Shown here one piece after another: positions 1 to 9,023 of a DNA stretch of 20,287 bases; the stretch's first letter is position 1, and each line of letters opens with the position of its first letter. This DNA is from Acidobacteriota bacterium. Lineage in GTDB: Bacteria > Acidobacteriota > UBA4820 > DSQY01. The notes below the pieces were generated by a model. It was not told the DNA's origin and ran no database searches. It saw only the letters and a program-made list of their open reading frames with translations. A program made the translations under genes and the position numbers. The stretch spans positions 1-20,287 of the forward strand of contig JBMFSH010000040.1 of the NCBI GenBank assembly GCA_049967655.1, written 5' to 3'.

Positions 1-209
1 CGACGCTCCGCCCCTCCTTCCAGACGCTCCCTCTCAGGGCGGCGGTGGAGGGGGCCCCGGGACCGCTCTACTGGTCGGTAGACGGGAAGGTGGTGGGGGA
101 GAGCCGCTCGGACGAGGCCCTGGAGTGGCCGTTGGAGCCGGGCAGGCACGTGATCTCGGCGAGGGATGGCAGCGGCCACGGAGACCGGGTGGCGGTGGTC
201 GTGCGCTGA
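1..209 (+). CDS. pbpC: Penicillin-binding protein 1C, C-terminal fragment (5'-truncated by the window edge)
   Basis: Frame starting at nt 3 reads TLRPSFQTLPLRAAVEGAPGPLYWSVDGKVVGESRSDEALEWPLEPGRHVISARDGSGHGDRVAVVVR then TGA (207-209). The W-x-VDG...W-x-L-x-PG-x-H-x-I-x-x-x-D-x-x-G pattern ending in a beta strand is typical of the PBP1C C-terminal domain. Not in the ORF track. Confidence 0.75.
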   Translation, partial: TLRPSFQTLPLRAAVEGAPGPLYWSVDGKVVGESRSDEALEWPLEPGRHVISARDGSGHGDRVAVVVR

Positions 210-310
210 GGCCGGAGCTCGGCCGGGCATGCGCGACCGCACCGCCGGGGCCATTCGGCGCGGGAGCGCGCCTTCCTTCGCGCCGGAAGGCAGGCACTTC
301 AAGGGCGAGT

Positions 311-316
311 TACAAT
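311..316 (+). promoter_or_regulatory. Putative sigma70 -10 element (TACAAT) for the intergenic RNA
   Basis: TACAAT at 311-316 in an AT-rich patch just before the structured region. No convincing -35 or extended TG motif. Confidence 0.4.
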
Positions 317-321
317 CTTTT

Positions 322-628
322 TGGACAGCTATGATCTTCGGTCTTGGGCGGCTCTCCGGCAGGCGTCCGGTGCCCTAAAAGCCTTCGGCACGGCGTTCCA
401 CGGTGGTCGTGCCATTCTGACTTCAGCCGAAAGGTTGAGAGCGCACTCATACTCCAGACTGATTACAAAGGACCGGGCGTGCCCCATATTGTTGGGGACG
501 GTTGGGCAACCTTCACGCGGCGAAGGTTGCGCGGCACGAAGCAGGAACTCGCGCCGCTCGGAATGTGCCCTTACCTTACTCCTCGATCACGGCCTCCGGA
601 CTCGTTGCTCCGGAGGCCACCTTTTTTT
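322..628 (+). ncRNA. Candidate stand-alone structured non-coding RNA (~300 nt), family unknown
   Basis: Nested stems 332-336/585-589, 346-352/553-559, 356-360/501-505, 363-371/472-480, 387-394/406-413, 416-419/455-458, 423-428/433-438 (GAAA tetraloop), 482-486/493-497, 506-514/522-530. Several G-U pairs work only on the + strand. Flanked by a -10 box and an intrinsic terminator, and lies between convergent genes. Confidence 0.6.
591..628 (+). terminator. Rho-independent terminator
   Basis: Perfect 10-bp stem GGCCTCCGGA (591-600)/TCCGGAGGCC (609-618), 8-nt loop, then ACC and seven T (622-628). Confidence 0.8.
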
Positions 629-816
629 CGGACCCCTCCTGCCGGAGAAGCTCTCCGCCGCGCGGACTCGCCCGGACCAGGCTTCCAGCGCCGCGCCCAA
701 GGCACGGCCCAGCCTCAGCAGTGATCCGGAGCCGGCAGGGCAGTTTTTTTGAACAAGCATGCCCCTAGCCCATACCCTCATCACTCCTCCCTGCCACCAC
801 CATCCCCCGTCCTGCC

Positions 817-845
817 AAAAGGGCGGGCGCTGCGGCGCCCGCCCT
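817..845 (-). terminator. Rho-independent terminator of the M16 peptidase operon
   Basis: GGGCGGGCGC (821-830)/GCGCCCGCCC (835-844) with a 4-nt loop; AAAA at 817-820 gives the U-tract on the minus strand; about 27 nt after the TAA at 872-874. Confidence 0.75.
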
Positions 846-871
846 CGTGACCACGCTGGCCGCTTGCGCGG

Positions 872-3058
872 TTACTCTTTCTTGGGCTCGGGCGGCCTCT
901 TGAAGAGATCCTCGGAGAAGCTGGCGTTCAGGGTGACCTTGCTGAGCTTGGAGGAGGTCTTGACCTCGCCCTTCACCTTCTGGGAGGAGATCATGGGAAC
1001 TTTCAGTCCGGATGTCACCTGCCATCCATCGAACACCTCGGTGACCTCCTGCGGCCCCTCCTGGGTCTTGGCGCGCTGTTTCAGCCCGAGGATCGTCAGG
1101 CCGTCGGGAGTCAGGTAGAGAGTGACGGGCTGGCCCTCCAGCCGGACCACCACGGCCTGGGAGTCCTTCCCTTCGAAGAAGGCCTTGCCGAGCGCCTGGC
1201 CCTGTAGCTTGCCCTCCAGGACCTGCTTGAGCAGCAGGGCGCAGCCCGCCTCGCTGTAGAGGGCGCGGCGCATCTCGCCGACGGCCGATTCGGGCAGGTC
1301 CTTGACCGCGGGGCCCATCTGGAACCAGCCCCTCTCTCCGTCCAGCACCTGGGTCACGGTCCCCATGGGCGTGCTGGCGTCGGCGTGGAGGCGGTTCGGG
1401 AGCACGAGCACGCTCGTGCCCTTGATCTCCATCTCACCCATGGGGGTCTTGACCGTGGTGGCGCCCTCGATGGTCATCTCCTTGAGGCCCTTCAGAGCCT
1501 GCTCGCCGGCGGCGCGGGCGGTCTTCAGGAGGAGGTCCGTACCCGCCTTCAGGGTCTCGGGCGTCGGATCGGGAATTACCTCCTTGGGCTTCGGCTCGGG
1601 GATGGTGATGTCGATGGTGGTCACTCTGCCGAAGGTGGAGAGGGGCTGGTCGAACTCGGAGCCCCTTCCGATCGCCAGCATGGTGAGAGCGGAGGGGTCG
1701 AGCCGCTTCTGGGCCACCCGCAGGATGTCCTCCTTGGTGACCTTCTCCACGGCGTCGCGCAAGTTGGTGTTGAAATCGGGCGGGTAGCCGTAGAAGTCGT
1801 AGGTCATGAGGCGGTTGATGATCTTTCCGGTGGAGTCGAAGTCGAAGGCGTACCCGTTGAGGTAGCCCTCCTTGGCCTTCTTCAGCTCCCGGTCTGAGAC
1901 GGGCCCCTCCCGGATGGCCTTGATCTCCTCCAGCATGGCCGCCATGGCCTCGTGGGTGGTGGAGGGCTTGGTGGAGGTGAAGAAGAAGAAGGCGCCGGGG
2001 TGGTCGTAGCCCGGATTCATCCACCCGCCCGCCCCGTAAGCCAGCCCCTTCTGCGTGCGGATCTTGACGAAGAGGCGGGAGGAGAAGCCGCCGCCGAGGA
2101 TGTCGCTGAGCATGGCCACGGCGGGATAGTCGGGATCATCGAGGCGGAGCCCCAGCTCGCCCATCACCACGAAGGTCTGCTCGACGTCCTTCTTCTCGAT
2201 GTAGTTGACCGAGGGTTCCTGGGGGAAGATGAAGGGCTTCTGGATCTGGGGCTTGGGGCCCTCGGCCTTCCATCCCGCGAAGGCTTCGGCGAGCTTCTTC
2301 TGCATGTCGGCCGACTGGAAGTCTCCCCAGGCGGCCAGGATCACCTCGTCGGGGCGGTAGAACTCCTTGTGGAAGGCCACCATGTCCTCGCGACTGACCG
2401 CCTCCACGTCGTCGTACTCCACCTGGCGGGCGTAGGGGCTGCCGGCGCCGTAGACGAGCTTCAGGCTCTCGCGGCGGGCGATGCCCATCACGTCGTCGTT
2501 GCGGCGCGAGATGGCGCTCATGGCCTGGGTCTTGGCCAAGTCCAGCTTGTCCTGAGCGAAGGCGGGATGGGTCATGAACTCGGCGTAGAGCGGGAGCACC
2601 TGGTCCAGGTTGGAGGTCAGCATCTTCGCGGAGAGCGTGGTGTAGGCTTCGGAGGAGTCCGACTCGATCTCCGCCCCGATGCGCTCCAGGAAGAGGTCCA
2701 CGTCATCGCCCTTCATGGAGGCGGTGCCGCCCGAGCGCAGAACCTCCGCGTAGAGGCCCACCAATCCGTTGCGGTCCTGCGGCTCGGCCACGCGTCCGCC
2801 GCGGATCATGGCCTTGAGCTGGATGACGGGGATCTCGTGGTCCTCCACCAGCAGGATCTTCATGCCGTTCGGGAGGGTCGCCCGCACTACCGCGGGAGCC
2901 TTGATGTCGTGGAGCGGAGGGTAGGTGAGCTTGTCGATGGCCAACGGGGGGCGCTTGTCGCCTCCTCCTCCGGCCGGGGTTTTCTGGGGCTCTGCGCCCC
3001 ATGCGAAGGTCACGGCTAGAAGCAGTGCCGCCGCCGTGGCCGCCAGGCGTCTTGGCAT
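872..3058 (-). CDS. Secreted M16B zinc peptidase, non-catalytic subunit with an extra C-terminal domain (728 aa)
   Basis: Start moved to ATG 3058 (AGGAG RBS just upstream); signal peptide MPRRLAATAAALLLAVTFAWGA. M16 hallmarks TLPNGMKILLVED, FYRPDEVILAAWGD, ILGGGFSSRLFVKIRTQKGLAYG (R/Y pair). No HXXEH motif. Pro/Glu/Lys linker followed by about 230 extra residues. Confidence 0.88.
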   Translation of the reverse strand: MPRRLAATAAALLLAVTFAWGAEPQKTPAGGGGDKRPPLAIDKLTYPPLHDIKAPAVVRATLPNGMKILLVEDHEIPVIQLKAMIRGGRVAEPQDRNGLVGLYAEVLRSGGTASMKGDDVDLFLERIGAEIESDSSEAYTTLSAKMLTSNLDQVLPLYAEFMTHPAFAQDKLDLAKTQAMSAISRRNDDVMGIARRESLKLVYGAGSPYARQVEYDDVEAVSREDMVAFHKEFYRPDEVILAAWGDFQSADMQKKLAEAFAGWKAEGPKPQIQKPFIFPQEPSVNYIEKKDVEQTFVVMGELGLRLDDPDYPAVAMLSDILGGGFSSRLFVKIRTQKGLAYGAGGWMNPGYDHPGAFFFFTSTKPSTTHEAMAAMLEEIKAIREGPVSDRELKKAKEGYLNGYAFDFDSTGKIINRLMTYDFYGYPPDFNTNLRDAVEKVTKEDILRVAQKRLDPSALTMLAIGRGSEFDQPLSTFGRVTTIDITIPEPKPKEVIPDPTPETLKAGTDLLLKTARAAGEQALKGLKEMTIEGATTVKTPMGEMEIKGTSVLVLPNRLHADASTPMGTVTQVLDGERGWFQMGPAVKDLPESAVGEMRRALYSEAGCALLLKQVLEGKLQGQALGKAFFEGKDSQAVVVRLEGQPVTLYLTPDGLTILGLKQRAKTQEGPQEVTEVFDGWQVTSGLKVPMISSQKVKGEVKTSSKLSKVTLNASFSEDLFKRPPEPKKE

Positions 3059-3125
3059 GGGATTACTCCTCATGGTCATCCTCGTCTTCATCGTCCCGCC
3101 CCCTCACGTTCCGGGCGCGGGCCCG

Positions 3126-4646
<1,521 letters not shown>

Positions 4647-4740
4647 CCCATCCCTCCTTTCTTGGTTCCGTTCAGTTCCCCCTGCGCACCCGAGAGACGG
4701 GTGCGGTGTGACAGACAATCCCCTTCCACTGAGGAGGGCC

Positions 4741-4769
4741 AGACTATCACCCCGCGCCCCGGCGGGCAA
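4741..4769 (-). promoter_or_regulatory. Putative sigma70 promoter of the M16 pair
   Basis: Minus strand TTGCCC (4769-4764), 17-nt spacer, TAGTCT (4746-4741) with extended TGn. Confidence 0.5.
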
Positions 4770-4833
4770 GGGAGCAGAGGGGATGCGGGAGGAGAGACCT
4801 CTCGCGGCGGTGGTCTTGATCAATTGTCCCGGG

Positions 4834-4876
4834 AAACACAAAAGCCGAGGCCCCCTTTCTCAGCGGGGGCCTCGGT
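4834..4876 (-). terminator. Rho-independent terminator after the C1A protease gene
   Basis: 11-bp stem CCGAGGCCCCC (4845-4855)/GGGGGCCTCGG (4865-4875); minus strand continues CTTTTGTGTTT. Confidence 0.8.
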
Positions 4877-4917
4877 GTTTGGACTTGGCCAGTTCAAGTG
4901 CAGAGAATCGGCCGGCC

Positions 4918-5904
4918 TCAATCCGTGACCCAGGCGGCCCCCTGTCCGACGTTGCAGACGCCGTACTGGATCCACATGAAGCCGCCAATACCCCAGTTCG
5001 GTCCCCAGGAGTTCTTCAGCAGCCACGCACCCTTGCTGTCGTCCCACCCCACGAGCACGATGGCGTGGTTGGTGGAGCGGTACTTCTTGCTGCTGGTGAA
5101 GACGCCGCCCGTGTAGGCCTGGAAGAAGCGGTCCGCATAGACGTACGCGGAGACGCTGCCGTAGGTGTAGATGGCGGTCTTGATGGCGGTGACGGTGGGA
5201 GTGGTGGTGCCGCTGGTCAGGAAAGCCCAGTTGGTGACGGCCGTGTAGGTGGGAGAGGGGCAATAGGAGCACGTGGCGTTGGCGGCCACGTAGGGAAAGC
5301 AGGTCTCGGTCATGGCGCCCGGAAAGTATCCCGTGGAGCCGACGTTGGACGGCATGAGCATGTCATAGGCGATGTTGCCGCCGTTGCAGCCCCAGCCCCA
5401 CGGATTGCAAGAGACGAGTTGCTGCTCCGAGAGGTCGGGAACGCTCCCGCTCACCGAGATGGTCCCGTTGGAGGTCACGTAAGCCTCTGGAGCGCCGTTC
5501 TTTTTGAGGACGGCTCCTTCCAGGTTGCCGATGGTGGAGAAGGCCCAGCAGCTGCCGCAGCTTCCCTGGTTCTTGATGGTGCTGCACCAGCCCACATAGG
5601 CGGCGGGGAGCGTGACCATGGGTTTGATTTCGGGGTATCCCGGCTGCCCGGCGTTGTGGTAACGGAAGGAGCTGGGCTCGAGCTCCGGCCGGAACCCGGT
5701 CAATTGGCTGAGATCGTACTGCATGGCGGCGTTGGGGCCCACCGTAAAGTTCCAGCCGTTGGCCTTGATCTGGGCCTGCATCTCCTCGATCTCCTGCCGG
5801 ACGCGAGAGCCAAGATCGTTTGCCGGGTTCCACGGTGGCTGGGCCCAAACCACCAGCAGGCAGGCCATAGCGAGCAGAGCAACCAAGAACACCAGTTTTT
5901 TCAT
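4918..5904 (-). CDS. Secreted papain-family (C1A) cysteine protease, 328 aa
   Basis: IKNQGSCGSCWAF (oxyanion Gln, catalytic Cys), DLSEQQLVSC, GCNGG, TNHAIVLVGW (His), LLKNSWGPNWGIGGF (Asn); signal peptide; GGAAGGAGG RBS. Confidence 0.95.
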   Translation of the reverse strand: MKKLVFLVALLAMACLLVVWAQPPWNPANDLGSRVRQEIEEMQAQIKANGWNFTVGPNAAMQYDLSQLTGFRPELEPSSFRYHNAGQPGYPEIKPMVTLPAAYVGWCSTIKNQGSCGSCWAFSTIGNLEGAVLKKNGAPEAYVTSNGTISVSGSVPDLSEQQLVSCNPWGWGCNGGNIAYDMLMPSNVGSTGYFPGAMTETCFPYVAANATCSYCPSPTYTAVTNWAFLTSGTTTPTVTAIKTAIYTYGSVSAYVYADRFFQAYTGGVFTSSKKYRSTNHAIVLVGWDDSKGAWLLKNSWGPNWGIGGFMWIQYGVCNVGQGAAWVTD

Positions 5905-5990
5905 TGCCGCACCTCCTTCCGAACACGCCTACTTTAAAGCCCAGGAACCCCCACTTCGTCATCGCTCTGGTCATCACCGGTTGCGCTTAC

Positions 5991-6020
5991 ATCTTATCCC
6001 CAGTTGAGGGGAAAGCGCAA
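5991..6020 (-). promoter_or_regulatory. Putative sigma70 promoter of the C1A protease gene
   Basis: Minus strand TTGCGC (6020-6015), 18-nt spacer, TAAGAT (5996-5991). Confidence 0.55.
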
Positions 6021-6144
6021 GCGGGGTGGGGGTCGCCAGCACCCTGTTCCCTGTGGAGCATGCGGGAGGGGTACGACGAACCGAGGCCCCGGAGCAAGGG
6101 GGCACGCAGCTTTCCATCAAGGGAGATCAGGGGACAAAGGGCGG

Positions 6145-6921
6145 TTATTCCGTCCGGGGGGGCTCGGAATCCTGCCAGTCGGCGCGGTTGCTGTAGGTTT
6201 TGCCCCCGGAGCGCGCGGCGAGCTCGGAGACGGTGACGGGGGTCAGGCCGCGGGCGCGAATGCCGGCCAGGATGAAGGGCAGGGCGGCCACGGTCTCGCT
6301 ACGGTCTCCCCCGTGGATGGTGTTGTCCCCGTCGTGCAGCAGGATGATGTCCCCTGGCTTGAGGTGCTTGAGGGTGCGGCTCACGATGCGGTCCACTCCC
6401 GGCTTCGTCCAGTCCCGGGACATCTTGGACCACTCGGCGACGCGCAGGTCCTCGCGGCGGGTCTTGGGGAATAGCCTCGGATCGCGGGTGCCGTAAGGCG
6501 GTCTGAACCACCGGGGAGCGATTCCGGAGATCTGTTCGAGGACGTCCTGCGTGTGATCCACCTGCCAGGCCATCTTGGAGCCGCCCTCCTCGATGAGGCG
6601 GGGGTGGGTGAAGCTGTGATTCCCGATCTCGTTCCCGTCCCTCACGATCTCCCGGACTGTGCCCGGGTAGGTGAGGGCGTTCTCCCCGATGAGGAAGAAG
6701 GTGGCGTGAGCATGGTCCGCCTTCAGGATGCGGAGGATCTCGCTGGTGTACGGCTCGTTGGGTCCGTCGTCGAAGGTGACCGCCACGCAGTCGCAGTGAC
6801 GGCTGGCGTGAGAGAAGACGGGGCCCCACATGCGGGAGCGGGGAGCGAAGGTGGAGTGGGCAATGAGAGCGAGGACGAGAAGTGTGATGCCGAAATCGAA
6901 GAAATGGAGGGAACGCTTCAT
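6145..6921 (-). CDS. Polysaccharide/peptidoglycan deacetylase (CE4, NodB domain), membrane-anchored, 258 aa
   Basis: TFDDGP, ATFF, EIGNHSFTH, FRPPYG, SRDW, GDIILLHDG motifs; N-terminal hydrophobic segment; ATG at 6921 preceded by GAGGA. Confidence 0.92.
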   Translation of the reverse strand: MKRSLHFFDFGITLLVLALIAHSTFAPRSRMWGPVFSHASRHCDCVAVTFDDGPNEPYTSEILRILKADHAHATFFLIGENALTYPGTVREIVRDGNEIGNHSFTHPRLIEEGGSKMAWQVDHTQDVLEQISGIAPRWFRPPYGTRDPRLFPKTRREDLRVAEWSKMSRDWTKPGVDRIVSRTLKHLKPGDIILLHDGDNTIHGGDRSETVAALPFILAGIRARGLTPVTVSELAARSGGKTYSNRADWQDSEPPRTE

Positions 6922-6965
6922 TCGCTTCCTCTGCGCCTCCACGGAGGCAGCGCAAAATCCTGAGT

Positions 6966-6994
6966 ATTATGCGTCGTTGCGCCTTGAAACGCAA
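6966..6994 (-). promoter_or_regulatory. Putative sigma70 promoter of the deacetylase gene
   Basis: Minus strand TTGCGT (6994-6989), 17-nt spacer, CATAAT (6971-6966). Confidence 0.6.
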
Positions 6995-7179
6995 GCGCTC
7001 ACCCCGAACCTAACGGCCGCAGGGCGAAAAAATGCCCGGCGACGGCTCCCGCCCAGGCCTTCGCGCGGGGCGCGAGAGGCAGGGCGCGGGGCGCCAGAGG
7101 CAGGAGGCTGAGGTTATGTGGGGGGTGGAGAGGCCGAGGTGGACGTTCCCCAATCCCCAATCCGCTTGCCCTTCCCTCC

Positions 7180-7209
7180 TTGGAGGGCCGGGAGGGTGCG
7201 TGCTATCCT
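7180..7209 (+). promoter_or_regulatory. Putative promoter of the M16-dut-MBL-purB unit
   Basis: Extended -10 TGcTATCCT (7201-7209) with TTGGAG (7180-7185) 18 nt upstream of the hexamer. Confidence 0.4.
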
Positions 7210-7229
7210 CGGCGCATGAAGGAGGTTCC

Positions 7230-8510
7230 ATGCGCGACGGCGCGAAGATCGAGCGGGAGGTTCTGCCCAACGGCCTGACCCTGGTGGTGGAGCGGATGGC
7301 CCACTTCCCCTCCGTGACCGCCGGCGTGTGGGTCAAGAGGGGCTCCCGCCAGGAGCCGGCCTCGGCCAACGGGGTGAACCACTTCATCGAGCACCTCGTG
7401 TTCAAGGGAACCCCCACGCGCTCCTACCAGGAGATCTACAAGACCTTCGACCGCATGGGCGGGGTTCTGGACGCCTTCACCTCCCGGGAGATCATGGGCT
7501 TCTACTTCCGGGTCCAGAAGGCCCACTTCCCCGAGGCCTTCGAGGTCCTCTCCGACATGCTGGCTCATCCCACCTTTCCCGAGGGCGAACTGGAGCGGGA
7601 GAGGGGCGTGATCCTGGAAGAGATCAAGATGGTCAACGACAGCCCGTCGGACCTGGTGGCCGACCTCTACCTCCAGCGCGCCTACCCGAACCACTCGCTG
7701 GGCCGGCCCATCCAGGGCACGGCCGAGTCCGTGGATGCCATGAGCCGCCGGCAGGTGCTCTCCCACTACCACGCCATCATGAGGCCCGAACACCTGGTGG
7801 TCACCGCCACGGGGGACACCACCCTCGCCGAGCTTCGGCGGCACGTGGCGCCGGTACTGGCCAAGCTCAAGCCGGGCCCCGTCAAGGGAGAGAGGCCGCC
7901 CCTGTTCAAGCCGGGCCTCACCGTCTTCCAGCGCAACCACCTGGAGCAGGCCCAGATCGTGATCGGTTTCGAGGGGGAGCGGGCCTCGGGAAGGAATCGG
8001 TTCGCCCTGATGGTGCTCGCCAACCTTCTGGGAGGCACCATGTCCTCGCGGCTCTTTACGGAGATTCGCGAAAGGCGGGGGCTGGTCTACTCCATTTCCG
8101 CCGAGCACATGTCCTTCATGGACGCGGGCCTCTTCGTGATCCAGGCGGCCACCAGCCACGACAAGGCCGCAAGGACCCTCCGGGAGACTCTGACGGTGCT
8201 GGCCGATCTCGTGAAAGACGGAGTCGGCGAGGAGGAGCTGACGGTGGCCAAGGAGAACCTCCTGGGCGGCCTCATCCTCTCGATGGAGTCGCCCTCCTCG
8301 CGCATGGGCCGGCTGGCCAGGAACGAGCTCTACTTCTCCCGCCAGCGGCCCGTCTCCGAGATGATCCGCGGGGTCGAACGGACGGACGAACGGATTCTCC
8401 ACAAGCTGGCCCGGCGGATCTTCCGACCCGAGCGGGCGCTGATCGGCGTGCTCGGGCGGGAGAGCGCGGTGAAGGGAGCCCCCCTCTCGATCCTGGGCGG
8501 AAAACCATGA
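7230..8510 (+). CDS. Cytoplasmic M16B zinc peptidase (YmxG/processing peptidase-like), 426 aa
   Basis: ATG 7230 after [26 protein letters not shown] (HXXEH), [40 protein letters not shown]; no signal peptide; ATGA overlap with dut. Confidence 0.93.
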   Translation: MRDGAKIEREVLPNGLTLVVERMAHFPSVTAGVWVKRGSRQEPASANGVNHFIEHLVFKGTPTRSYQEIYKTFDRMGGVLDAFTSREIMGFYFRVQKAHFPEAFEVLSDMLAHPTFPEGELERERGVILEEIKMVNDSPSDLVADLYLQRAYPNHSLGRPIQGTAESVDAMSRRQVLSHYHAIMRPEHLVVTATGDTTLAELRRHVAPVLAKLKPGPVKGERPPLFKPGLTVFQRNHLEQAQIVIGFEGERASGRNRFALMVLANLLGGTMSSRLFTEIRERRGLVYSISAEHMSFMDAGLFVIQAATSHDKAARTLRETLTVLADLVKDGVGEEELTVAKENLLGGLILSMESPSSRMGRLARNELYFSRQRPVSEMIRGVERTDERILHKLARRIFRPERALIGVLGRESAVKGAPLSILGGKP

Positions 8511-8950
8511 CCACCGTACTGCTCAGGCGACTGCCCCACGGCGAGGGGCTACCCTTGCCGGCCCGAGCTACGCCCGGTGCGGCGGGTCTGGACCTCTGCG
8601 CGGCGGTGGCCCGTCCCCTTTTCCTCGCGCCCGGAGAGCGTGCCCTTGTTCCCACCGGCTTCGTCTGGGAGATCCCCCAGGGCTACGAGGGACAGGTGAG
8701 GCCGCGCTCGGGCCTGGCTCTGAAACACGGGCTCACCCTGCTGAACGCTCCCGGAACGGTGGATTCGGACTATCGCGGGGAGGTATGCGTGATCCTGTGC
8801 AACCTGGGGAGTGAGCCCTTCGTGGTAGAGCGCGGCGCGCGGATTGCCCAGATGGTGGTGGCACCCGTGGTCTCAGCCGAGCTCGTGGAGAGGGCGGACC
8901 TGTCTGAAACGGACAGGGGGGCGGGCGGCTTCGGCCACACGGGCCGGTAG
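8507..8950 (+). CDS. dut: dUTP diphosphatase, 147 aa
   Basis: All five trimeric dUTPase motifs: [35 protein letters not shown]. It is the 3' part of the spurious 7328..8950 ORF. Confidence 0.96.
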   Translation: MTTVLLRRLPHGEGLPLPARATPGAAGLDLCAAVARPLFLAPGERALVPTGFVWEIPQGYEGQVRPRSGLALKHGLTLLNAPGTVDSDYRGEVCVILCNLGSEPFVVERGARIAQMVVAPVVSAELVERADLSETDRGAGGFGHTGR

Positions 8951-8963
8951 AGGGGCGCAATTC

Positions 8964-9023
8964 ATGTACCACAAAGAAAAAGCCCATCACACTTCCCACT
9001 TCTGCCACGGGCCCCGCCCATGA
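8964..9023 (+). CDS. Putative 19-aa His-rich micro-ORF (MYHKEKAHHTSHFCHGPRP) coupled to the next gene
   Basis: GAGGGG (8950-8955) 8 nt before ATG 8964; its TGA (9021-9023) forms an ATGA overlap with the MBL start at 9020, which has no RBS of its own. Confidence 0.4.
   Translation: MYHKEKAHHTSHFCHGPRP

Noticed and set aside
270..295. GCCTTCC/GGAAGGC hairpin resembling SRP RNA helix 8
   Set aside because: Lacks the CAGG...GGAA...AGCAG arrangement. More likely a stem-loop at the 3' end of the pbpC transcript.
321..768. ORFs 321-752, 344-724 and 502-768 as protein genes
   Set aside because: No RBS, TTG starts, no GC3 bias, R/P/S-rich translations, and they run through a strong terminator.
7328..8506. 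Apparent 390-aa N-terminal extension on dUTPase, and the similar extension on PurQ (10438-11523)
   Set aside because: Alternative-frame overlaps of the M16 and purB/purS genes. The real starts are the ATGA overlaps at 8507 and 11524.
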